Source: a virus. From it: a DNA stretch of 64,000 nt. A program made the position numbers and the translations under genes. Shown here piece after piece: positions 27,806 through 35,716 of this stretch; positions within the stretch are counted from its first letter, which is position 1, and every line of letters begins with the position of its first letter. Under the pieces are notes generated by a model. It was given only the letters and a program-made list of their open reading frames with translations, was not told the origin of the DNA and did no database searches. The stretch covers positions 1 to 64,000 of IMG/VR virus record IMGVR_UViG_3300037755_001279; one strand, 5' to 3'.

Positions 27806-28747
27806 ATGGCGCAGCAGCTCACCCAGCAAATGGCGACCGACATTCAGGCCATGATGGCGAACGTCCAGGTCGGCTACGAACAGACCAACGCCGCCCGGAC
27901 GGCGCTGTCGACGCTGATCAGCTCCGGCGTCGCTACCTGCCGCGACGTGCAACTCTACAACCTGCAGGTGAAGGCCGTCTACGCCTACCAGGCCAGCGTC
28001 GCAGGTATCATCCGAGCCAACGGCGGCGCGCCGCCGAGCGTTCCCGCGCCCATCTACGTTGGCTGGCGCGGTGTGGCCGGCGATGCCTTCGCCAACGTTG
28101 ACTGCAACGCCGCGCAGATGCGCGGGTCCGCGCCTGTATCGCCGACCCTCGGCGCGCCCAACAATTTCTACATCAACCCACAGCAGGTCGAGTGGCGCCA
28201 GGGTGCACTGCCGTCCGACAACACCGTCGTGTCGCAGGTGGTTGCCGCGGCGGGTAATGCTGCGGTGACGGCCGGCCAGCTGGGTGCCGTGCAGCTCTTG
28301 GCCGTCATCCCGATCATCATCATCGGCATCATCGTCATCGTCGCCGCGACGATCGTGCTCAAGATCGTCGAGGCGTTGACGGACATCCCCGGCAAGCGCG
28401 AGACCACCAAGCAGGTCGCGATCCAGGCCGAGCAGCATCGGATGACCCTGGAAGCTCGCGCGGCGTGTCAGACGGCGTGCGTAGCCGCGGGCAAGGACCC
28501 GATCGAGTGCGCCAAGGGCTGTACCCGATCGCTGCCGGACTTCGTCGCCAAGTTTCCTGGTGGCGGCTGGGGCATCTTCGGCACAGTCGCCGGCGTCGCT
28601 GTGCTTGGCCTGGCTGCGTACGCGGGCTTCAAGTACGTCAAGGCCGGTGGTGGTGGCCGGGCTCACAGCGGTGGTGGCGTGAAGTACGCACTCACGCAGC
28701 GCGACAAAGACCGTGCTATCGACGCGGATTACGACGAGGTGGCGTGA
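27806..28747 (+). CDS. Two-TM putative virion membrane protein with Cys cluster
   Basis: Ile-rich TM, CxxxC...CxxxC, second TM; -10 TATCCT 7 nt upstream. Confidence 0.75.
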   Translation: MAQQLTQQMATDIQAMMANVQVGYEQTNAARTALSTLISSGVATCRDVQLYNLQVKAVYAYQASVAGIIRANGGAPPSVPAPIYVGWRGVAGDAFANVDCNAAQMRGSAPVSPTLGAPNNFYINPQQVEWRQGALPSDNTVVSQVVAAAGNAAVTAGQLGAVQLLAVIPIIIIGIIVIVAATIVLKIVEALTDIPGKRETTKQVAIQAEQHRMTLEARAACQTACVAAGKDPIECAKGCTRSLPDFVAKFPGGGWGIFGTVAGVAVLGLAAYAGFKYVKAGGGGRAHSGGGVKYALTQRDKDRAIDADYDEVA

Positions 28748-29089
28748 TTGGCTGACGCTGCGATGGAGATGGTCGATCACTTCGCCGCGGCTGACTTGCC
28801 GGCCTGGCATGAAGCGCTTGCCGCCGCTGGTTTGTGCGTGACGCGCTTCGAGTGGGAATCACACCCAACCCTGTCGTTCGGCTGGCCCGCGCTGCTCACC
28901 TGGGTCACGGCCGGGCACCAGTGGTCGGTTAGTCGAGATTTGCAGGGGCCGGCGCTGCTGCTTATGCGGCTGCACGATCGACGACATGAATACGTGCGAA
29001 TTCCGATGTTCGCGCAGAGTCCTCCCCCGTACGTATACCCGCGTGCGGCCCGTGTGATCTTGCAGGATTTGCTGCAGGCTACACAGTAG
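28748..29089 (+). CDS. 'WHEALAA' paralog family protein
   Basis: LPAWHEALAAAGLCVTRFEW. Confidence 0.65.
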   Translation: MADAAMEMVDHFAAADLPAWHEALAAAGLCVTRFEWESHPTLSFGWPALLTWVTAGHQWSVSRDLQGPALLLMRLHDRRHEYVRIPMFAQSPPPYVYPRAARVILQDLLQATQ

Positions 29090-29128
29090 GTTGCACCTGT
29101 AGCTGCCGCCGAGCTAGGCTAGTTCACC

Positions 29129-29470
29129 GTGAGCGGCATCTTCGTCGATGAAATTCCTACGGGTGCACCGGTCGTCGTGGTGCTAGCTGAGCAAGCAGGC
29201 TGCGAAGCCTGTGAGCAGTACCACCCGGTCTTCGTCCGCGCCGCTGCAGCGTACGCACGTGACCTGCCAATTTACAGGCTGGACGTGACGCGCACCGACG
29301 CCATGGCGCTGCTGTTCATGAACACGCACGGCATCGAGTCAACGCCGACGGTCATCATCGCGTCGTTCAATCGGTACCCACTCGGGCGTCTCGAAGGCGT
29401 CGTGACGGAAACCGAAACCCGGCGCTTGCTGGACGTCGCGCGCGCACACAATCGACCGCGCGAATTCTAG
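29129..29470 (+). CDS. Thioredoxin-like protein
   Basis: GCEACE active site, LDV, GIESTPT cis-Pro loop. Confidence 0.8.
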   Translation: MSGIFVDEIPTGAPVVVVLAEQAGCEACEQYHPVFVRAAAAYARDLPIYRLDVTRTDAMALLFMNTHGIESTPTVIIASFNRYPLGRLEGVVTETETRRLLDVARAHNRPREF

Positions 29471-29982
29471 GCCTGGGCGTCGATCGCATCTGTTGTGATG
29501 CCCGGCGCCGCGATGGTGATCGTCTCGTCGGGGTGCAGCCGCGCGATGGCCATGGTCAGCTCGTTCAGCCCCACGTGCGGCTCGATCACGGTATTCCACA
29601 CCAGCTCACCGCAGCAGTTCGTGACCTGCCGCTCGACGTCTGGCAGCGCGTCGCTGTAGCAGCACACGCGATACGTCACGCCGGTGCCGAAGATCAGGAC
29701 CACCGCGCGCGTTTCGTCGCCATCATCGGTCAGGTCGATGACCTGGTTGGCGTGTAGCTTGAGCAGCACACCGTCCCACAGCGGCGTGGTGATGGGGTTG
29801 GGCTGAAGGCCGAACGGTACCCAGGTGGCGCCGTTGACGGCGTGGTGCAGAACGACGTCGTAGAGATCTCGGTGTCGGCTGCACAAACGGTACGGGGTGC
29901 CTTCATCATCGTGCGTCACGATGATCACGGCGCCGTCCGTCGGAACGTTGCTCGGCGGGATGGCCTCGACTATTTCGGTCAT
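29467..29982 (-). CDS. Hypothetical protein
   Basis: ATG 7 nt after GTCGGA-type promoter. Confidence 0.65.
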   Translation of the reverse strand: MTEIVEAIPPSNVPTDGAVIIVTHDDEGTPYRLCSRHRDLYDVVLHHAVNGATWVPFGLQPNPITTPLWDGVLLKLHANQVIDLTDDGDETRAVVLIFGTGVTYRVCCYSDALPDVERQVTNCCGELVWNTVIEPHVGLNELTMAIARLHPDETITIAAPGITTDAIDAQA

Positions 29983-30013
29983 GCCGCGGACCTTACCAGG
30001 CCCCTCCGACGGT

Positions 30014-30322
30014 CTACCGCGGCTTGCGTGGCGACCGCACGAATCGTGCAATGCGCGCAGGTACCGGCGGCGCTGATCCCTCAGGCGGCGTGCCGCTTGC
30101 CGGCGGCGTCACGGTGGCAGCCCTTACCCGCCGCGTGACGCGCTTCAGGTCCGCGATGTGCTGCACGACCGACGGATCGTCAAAGTTCATGTCGGCGATC
30201 ACGTCGGCACTCTCGTCGATGGCCTTGACGGCATCGTCGATTTTCCTGCTTGCCTCCGCCCCGCGACGCTCCATCTCCTGGATCGTCGCTTCGATGGGCG
30301 GAGAGAGCGCCAAGGCCATCAC
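30014..30322 (-). CDS. Coiled-coil hypothetical protein
   Basis: Coupled to upstream holin-like gene. Confidence 0.5.
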   Translation of the reverse strand: MMALALSPPIEATIQEMERRGAEASRKIDDAVKAIDESADVIADMNFDDPSVVQHIADLKRVTRRVRAATVTPPASGTPPEGSAPPVPARIARFVRSPRKPR

Positions 30323-30702
30323 CGCCGGTTCCGGGTGATGGAGTCGGCGAGCGCCGACATCTTGTCCGCGAGGGAAGTCATGATGTTGAAGCTCCGTTGC
30401 GCCGCCTCGGCCATTTGCCGTTCGTGTCGGTCGGACTGTTCGCGCAGCTGCTGCGCGAAGGTTGCGGCGGCAGCAGTAGCGGCCGCCGTTGCACCAGTGC
30501 CCATCGCCTCGGTTTTGGCGGCGTGGTTCTCGTTCAGCTCGGCGATCTCGGCGGCGTGGGCCTTGTGCAGCTCGGCGGTGTTGAGCGCGTACGTATCACG
30601 CAGCCGCCCGATGTCGCGGTACAGCGACACCAGGCCGATGGTGACAGCGATTGCCCAGACACCGAGCGGCCCGTAGACCGCGAGATCAGACAGCGGTTCC
30701 AC
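30319..30702 (-). CDS. Holin-like protein (N-terminal TM plus coiled coil)
   Basis: YGPLGVWAIAVTIGLVSLYR then heptads. Confidence 0.5.
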   Translation of the reverse strand: MEPLSDLAVYGPLGVWAIAVTIGLVSLYRDIGRLRDTYALNTAELHKAHAAEIAELNENHAAKTEAMGTGATAAATAAAATFAQQLREQSDRHERQMAEAAQRSFNIMTSLADKMSALADSITRNRR

Positions 30703-30717
30703 AGGTCACCCTGCGGA

Positions 30718-30957
30718 TCAGCCGTGCACAGACTTCAGCGCATCCTTCATGCACCGACCGAACGCCTTGGTGCCGCCGCCGAAGCGGCGCGCGCACTGCG
30801 GCGAGGCCTTCTTCATGACGGCCTTCCATGGGCGCAGGTGCGCGGTCGACGGCTTGCGCCGCGGCGGACAGCTGGAACCCTGACGGCCCATGAAGTCGGC
30901 GATGACCTTGCGGCCCTTCTTGATGATGATGCGCTTGCGGGTGCACTTGGCGGCCAT
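30718..30957 (-). CDS. Basic Lys/Arg-rich micro-protein
   Basis: MAAKCTRKRIIIKKGRK...; purine-rich RBS. Confidence 0.75.
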   Translation of the reverse strand: MAAKCTRKRIIIKKGRKVIADFMGRQGSSCPPRRKPSTAHLRPWKAVMKKASPQCARRFGGGTKAFGRCMKDALKSVHG

Positions 30958-31020
30958 GGGCGTGCTTCTTTCTTTGCGTGATGTTCTACGGCTTGATGTC
31001 GCGGTGGACGATGGGCTGCG

Positions 31021-31152
31021 TCAGCGAGCGGGTGGCCGGCGCGGCGGCATCGGGCGCCCAGGCGAGCCGGGGATCTTGGGACGCGTGCAACACGGTGGCT
31101 GCGGGCGTGGTGGCGTCGGACGGGACGGGGGGCTGAACATGGGGCGGCGCAT
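31021..31152 (-). CDS. Possible 43-aa Pro/Arg-rich peptide
   Basis: GGAG RBS; MRRPMFSPPSRPTPPRPQPPCC... fills the gap between co-oriented genes. Confidence 0.4.
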   Translation of the reverse strand: MRRPMFSPPSRPTPPRPQPPCCTRPKIPGSPGRPMPPRRPPAR

Positions 31153-31164
31153 AGCGGTTACTCC

Positions 31165-31761
31165 TCAGCTCTTGGGCGTCATGAGGATGACGCCGGCGGC
31201 GATGACCCCGACGAAAAGGATGGCGCCGCCGATGATGTACGGCAGCTTGCTCTTGGTGGCGGCAGACGTCGCCGGAAAGGTCGTCGGGATGACTGGCGTT
31301 GGGTAGGACGACGGGATCGTCAGGATGGGAACCGGCGCCGTCGCCGGCAACGTGCCGCTGATCTGCTTGAGGATGTCGCGGATCTTGTCAGCGTTCTTGG
31401 CAACCATCTCCGGGTTGACGTATCCAGGGAGCACCGACGCCATGGCGTTGCCACGGCTGACGGCGACGGCGGCGACCTGCTGCAGCGCCTGCACCGTCCC
31501 GCTGCCGACCTTGCCGTCGGCGGCAATCTGGACGCCGGCGCCAAGCTGGCCGGACACACGGTTGATCTGCCCCTGCATCTCGCGGATGGCGACGTCGCAG
31601 CTGGAACAGTTGCTCGATGCCCAGATCGCGCCGTACTGCGCGACGCCGACGCTCTGCGCCGTGGTCGCGGCGCCGAGGTACTGGTTCAACGGCGCTGCGT
31701 TGGGTACCCCGACCTGGCCGAAGCCAAAGCCGCCACTGAATCCACCGCCGTTGAAAGGCAT
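31165..31761 (-). CDS. Peptidoglycan-binding-like protein with C-terminal TM
   Basis: MQGQIN...IAADGKVGSGTVQAL; tail LPYIIGGAILFVGVIAAGVILM; palindrome 31779-31794 upstream. Confidence 0.7.
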   Translation of the reverse strand: MPFNGGGFSGGFGFGQVGVPNAAPLNQYLGAATTAQSVGVAQYGAIWASSNCSSCDVAIREMQGQINRVSGQLGAGVQIAADGKVGSGTVQALQQVAAVAVSRGNAMASVLPGYVNPEMVAKNADKIRDILKQISGTLPATAPVPILTIPSSYPTPVIPTTFPATSAATKSKLPYIIGGAILFVGVIAAGVILMTPKS

Positions 31762-31834
31762 GGGGGTTATCTTACACGGATCGCGTGCACGATCTAGACC
31801 TAGAACGCCACGTTGAGGTGGTACGCTGGCTACC

Positions 31835-32719
31835 GTGAGCATTCCGTCGGTCTCCGAGCTGTTCGCGCCCGTGACGTGTATGCCGGCGTGGATGACCCAC
31901 TACGCCGCGGCGCCGAACGTCACCGTGTCCTCAGGGTGCAGCACCAATGCTGCCGGCAACGTCAACTGCGACCCGGCGGCGATGGCGCGCGCCGCGGCGA
32001 CCAAGACGGGGTTGCCGGTGTCGCTGGAGGCGTACACGCTGGCACGCTACGTCACCAGCGAGGTCGGCACGCGCGCCGTTGGTGAGCGCGTGGCGGTGGC
32101 CCAGGCTGCCGTCAACCGGGTGCACTACGTTGACCGGACCGGAAGTGTCCTGAACTTGCTCCTGTACCGTCAGAAGGCCGGACACCCGAATCGGGGCTTC
32201 TACGGTCCGATCCACGGCGACGGACTGAGCGCGCCGTACGGGCGCTGGGCGGCGACGTCACGTGACCCGGCGCTCAGCAACCTGATGATCGCCATCGACG
32301 TCCTGAGCGGCAAGATCCCGCCGGGCTTTGCCAAGGGCGCCGATGATCAGTACGGCCCGGAGATTCTCGTTGCGCGGCAGGGCCTGGCCGTGACGCAGAA
32401 CGGTGTGAAGACCCGCGGCGCCGACCGCAAATATTGGGTCGGTCCGTTGCCTGGTGTCGATCATCAGCGGACGTTCCTCTACACGTTTCGGCGAGACATC
32501 GACCCCAAGAGCGACAACGGCAAGCTGCTCATCGCGCGCGGCGTCGCAGCGATGGCGCAGCCCCGGCCCAACTGGTCCGGGTTGCCGACCTGCCCTGAGG
32601 GCTCGGCGATTCCGGCCATTCCGGGCGGCAGTACCACCGCTGCGGTGATCGGCGGCGCGGTGCTGGCGACGGCGGCCGTGGTCGGCGCGGCGGTATGGCG
32701 CCGGCGTCAGGACGCGTGA
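31835..32719 (+). CDS. SleB/Hydrolase_2-like cell-wall hydrolase with C-terminal TM
   Basis: LARYVTSEVG...ERVAVAQAAVNRV catalytic-Glu signature. Confidence 0.7.
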   Translation: MSIPSVSELFAPVTCMPAWMTHYAAAPNVTVSSGCSTNAAGNVNCDPAAMARAAATKTGLPVSLEAYTLARYVTSEVGTRAVGERVAVAQAAVNRVHYVDRTGSVLNLLLYRQKAGHPNRGFYGPIHGDGLSAPYGRWAATSRDPALSNLMIAIDVLSGKIPPGFAKGADDQYGPEILVARQGLAVTQNGVKTRGADRKYWVGPLPGVDHQRTFLYTFRRDIDPKSDNGKLLIARGVAAMAQPRPNWSGLPTCPEGSAIPAIPGGSTTAAVIGGAVLATAAVVGAAVWRRRQDA

Positions 32720-32732
32720 TAGGGTAGGCGGC

Positions 32733-33104
32733 ATGGCGCGTGAAAAAGAAACCTTCGTCGCGCGCGTGCACCATCAGCGGTATGGCGGCACGCACGGTTA
32801 CGACTTCGAGTCGCCGCCGAAGACGTCCGTGCAGTCAGCGATGGCGACGGTCGATGCGCAGTGCAAGGCGGGCAAGTACATCACCGTCAAGAGCAACTAC
32901 ACGTCCAACGGCGATCACTGGCCAGGTCACCGCGGCCGCATCATGGCGACCTGTGAGCGCAAGGCGTGGTTCGTCGAGACGTTTCCACCGGGTGATCACG
33001 GCGATCCGAGCGGACGCTTGAAGGGCGCACGCGGGCGCTGCCCTGCCAACATCGGCCGCAAGCGCGCACCGGCCAGGCTGCGTCGCAAGCGTGGTGCACG
33101 ATGA
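32733..33104 (+). CDS. Hypothetical protein with LKG motif and basic tail
   Basis: GRLKGARG...RLRRKRGAR; TGATAGGGT -10 7 nt upstream. Confidence 0.65.
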   Translation: MAREKETFVARVHHQRYGGTHGYDFESPPKTSVQSAMATVDAQCKAGKYITVKSNYTSNGDHWPGHRGRIMATCERKAWFVETFPPGDHGDPSGRLKGARGRCPANIGRKRAPARLRRKRGAR

Positions 33105-33418
33105 GTGCGCCGACGCAGCAGCAGGTGGCCGAGGCCGCGGCGCGGTACTGCGCTACAGAATTCACGACGTTCACGTCGTGGTTCAGTTATGAGGACGAGC
33201 TGGCTCGCGAGCTGATGAAAGACGACCAGTTTCGCTGCGCAGTTGACTACGCCACCAAGCAGGTCATGACGATGATCAGCTACAACAAGACGATGTCCGT
33301 GACCGCCGCGCAGCACGGCGGCGGCGCGCGTGGAATAGCTGTCGTTGTCGGCCACATCGTCGGTGAGTGGCTCGCCGGCAAGACGACGACGATCGATCAG
33401 GAGTTGATGACGTGGTGA
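33101..33418 (+). CDS. Hypothetical protein
   Basis: ATGA overlap. Confidence 0.55.
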   Translation: MSAPTQQQVAEAAARYCATEFTTFTSWFSYEDELARELMKDDQFRCAVDYATKQVMTMISYNKTMSVTAAQHGGGARGIAVVVGHIVGEWLAGKTTTIDQELMTW

Positions 33419-34476
33419 CGTTCACCGACCTGCTGAGCGCAGCCAAGCGCGCGTTCCGTGCGCGCGACTGCGGTGCCGCCCGAGACGCCACGCGGCGTCT
33501 TTTGATCACCGCGCGGACGCCCAAGGAACGCGAGACCGTCATGCGGCTGCAGAACGCCGTGCGGCGCTGCAAGGTCCGGCCGTTGGCCGGGCCAACGCGG
33601 TCGTCGAAGCGTCGCCGGCGCGCAACGCGCCGTGGCCTCGGTGCGATCACGGTGACGTCGGATGCCATTGCCGACCGCATGGAAGCGATCAAAGAGAACC
33701 CGGAGCCGACACGGTTGGCAGCGCAACGCATTCAGACGATCGCCAATGAGCTTGCAGCCGCCGGTGACAGCTTCGGCGGAAAGGTGTTCATCTCTGACAT
33801 CGCGCGGCGGCTCGACTCATCGGTGAAGCGCCTGGCGCCGATCCTGCTTGCAGCCAATCGGAAGGGCTGGCTGTCGATGGCGCGTGCCGACCTGCGGGGT
33901 GCCATGGACCCCGTCAAGGTCGACGCAAGCGAGATCCGTTACCTGAACAGCGAGGTGCATTTCGTGACCGTGCCGCCGGAGATGATCAAGGACGTTCCTG
34001 CGCCGCCCGACCCGCCGCCGCGTCGCGCGGCTGCACGGCCAGCTGCGCGGCGTGCTGAAGCCGCCATCGAGCCGGGCAGCCTGACGCGGGCGCAGCTGAA
34101 GACGTTGTTTCAGATTCGTCGCAGCGTCGGCGACCACGAAAGCGCTGCGATCGTCGAGGCGGCGCTGTCGCCGAACGAGGCGACCGACCAATACGGCGAT
34201 CCGTTGTTCGACGCGGCGGGCGTGAAGATTACGCGAACGCAGGCGGTCAAGCAGGCGCGGACGATCTGGGCTCGCAACGCACCGCGCGCGTTGGAGTGGT
34301 ACAACGTGGCGGTGTCGAGGGCTGTGGCCGCTGACGTGGTCCCCGCTGAGTGGACGGCGATTGCCGATGCGATTCACCGTGAAACGCCGGCGGTCGACGT
34401 TGCGGACATGGCGGCCCGCGAGCAAGACGCACGAGCGCGCGCGCGCGGGGCGCCAGGCGCTAGGCGACGAAGATGA
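33412..34476 (+). CDS. Multidomain protein: basic leader, GLG motif, winged-helix-like domain
   Basis: RRRRATRRGLGAIT then KVFISDI...LSMARADL..AMDP. Confidence 0.65.
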   Translation: MVTFTDLLSAAKRAFRARDCGAARDATRRLLITARTPKERETVMRLQNAVRRCKVRPLAGPTRSSKRRRRATRRGLGAITVTSDAIADRMEAIKENPEPTRLAAQRIQTIANELAAAGDSFGGKVFISDIARRLDSSVKRLAPILLAANRKGWLSMARADLRGAMDPVKVDASEIRYLNSEVHFVTVPPEMIKDVPAPPDPPPRRAAARPAARRAEAAIEPGSLTRAQLKTLFQIRRSVGDHESAAIVEAALSPNEATDQYGDPLFDAAGVKITRTQAVKQARTIWARNAPRALEWYNVAVSRAVAADVVPAEWTAIADAIHRETPAVDVADMAAREQDARARARGAPGARRRR

Positions 34477-35074
34477 CGCCGAGGTTGCCGTTGACGCCGA
34501 CCACCTTGCCGAGGGTGTGGCCGCGCGCCTTGATAACTGCGCGCTCCAATGTCCCGGCCATCACAAGGAGCCGCACGCGGGTGCCTGTCGGCGGCTCGAC
34601 ATCGATCTGCCACAGCGTCGGCTCGGACATGTCGACGTAAAGGCCGTCGTACTGGTTCTGGAGGGTGCCGAACTGCGTCTGCAGCCGGCTGAGGCTGCGT
34701 AGCGCGGCCGCGGTCTCGGCTTGGGCGGCGGTCACCGCCGCATCAGCCGCCTGCAGCGCATCAGCCGTAGCGGCAGCGGCGGCCGCGGCGTCAGCCTGGG
34801 CCATCGCGGCAATGTCGGCCGTGGCCGTTTCCTGTGCCGCGAGTCGCTGCTGCAGCTCGATGATGGACTGGAAGGCCGCGGCAACAGCCTCTTCAGCGGC
34901 CGCGAGTGCCACGAGGCTGGGGTCAAGCGGCTCGGGTTCGGATGCGGGCGCCGCGTCCGCCGCCGCCGCGGCATCGTTGCCCGCACCATCTTCGGGCGCA
35001 CCGGCCGGGTCCGTTGACGTGGTCTCGGGCGATTCGGTGGATTTGGCGTCGGTGAGATCCCAATGCTCGGACAT
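34460..35074 (-). CDS. Acidic Ala-rich coiled-coil protein
   Basis: ORF track; -10 TACCGT 6 nt upstream. Confidence 0.65.
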   Translation of the reverse strand: MSEHWDLTDAKSTESPETTSTDPAGAPEDGAGNDAAAAADAAPASEPEPLDPSLVALAAAEEAVAAAFQSIIELQQRLAAQETATADIAAMAQADAAAAAAATADALQAADAAVTAAQAETAAALRSLSRLQTQFGTLQNQYDGLYVDMSEPTLWQIDVEPPTGTRVRLLVMAGTLERAVIKARGHTLGKVVGVNGNLGVIFVA

Positions 35075-35147
35075 GGTCGTACGGTACGCTGAGCCGCTCA
35101 GCGCGTCTAGGTGGATCGCGCATACGATCCGGTGCTAGCATCCCTAC

Positions 35148-35711
35148 GTGGCGAATACCCTCAAGTCTCAGCTGACGTACACGTTGGCCGCCGGCGCGAG
35201 CCTTGCTCTTCCCCACAACCTCTCGCTGAACGGCACAGGAGCCGAACCGGACTTTATCTCGATCGAGAACCCGGACTTCGACTACGTATCGTCGACGACC
35301 ACGACCGTCACCATGATCAACAACGGGTTGGTCTTGGCGTCGTGTCGAATCCTGTGCGAGCTGTGGCATACCATCGAGCGCGTCTTCGGCGATGGCACGC
35401 CGGCGCTGCCCGCTGGGCCGTTCATCAGCCGCGGCGTCAACATGTCCGGCGGCGCCACGACGCCCGACCAGGTTTTCACCTATACCTGCACGGGGGCTGA
35501 GGGTTCGGACTTCTTCATTGTGCTGCCCGTCGCGCGCCCGGATGACGACTACGTCCCGCAGGTTTCGTGCGGCGGCGTCACCGGCATCTTGACGTTCGAC
35601 ATGCCCGACCTCGTCGCGCTCGATCGTACCACGACGCAATTTCGCGTCGTCTCCTCGGCCGTCGTTCAGCTGGCTGACCGGCTCGACGTGACCGTCCAGC
35701 AGCGGAGCTGA
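35148..35711 (+). CDS. Putative spike adaptor/vertex protein
   Basis: Beta-rich, first gene of spike operon; palindrome 35114-35129. Confidence 0.65.
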   Translation: MANTLKSQLTYTLAAGASLALPHNLSLNGTGAEPDFISIENPDFDYVSSTTTTVTMINNGLVLASCRILCELWHTIERVFGDGTPALPAGPFISRGVNMSGGATTPDQVFTYTCTGAEGSDFFIVLPVARPDDDYVPQVSCGGVTGILTFDMPDLVALDRTTTQFRVVSSAVVQLADRLDVTVQQRS

Positions 35712-35716
35712 TTTCC

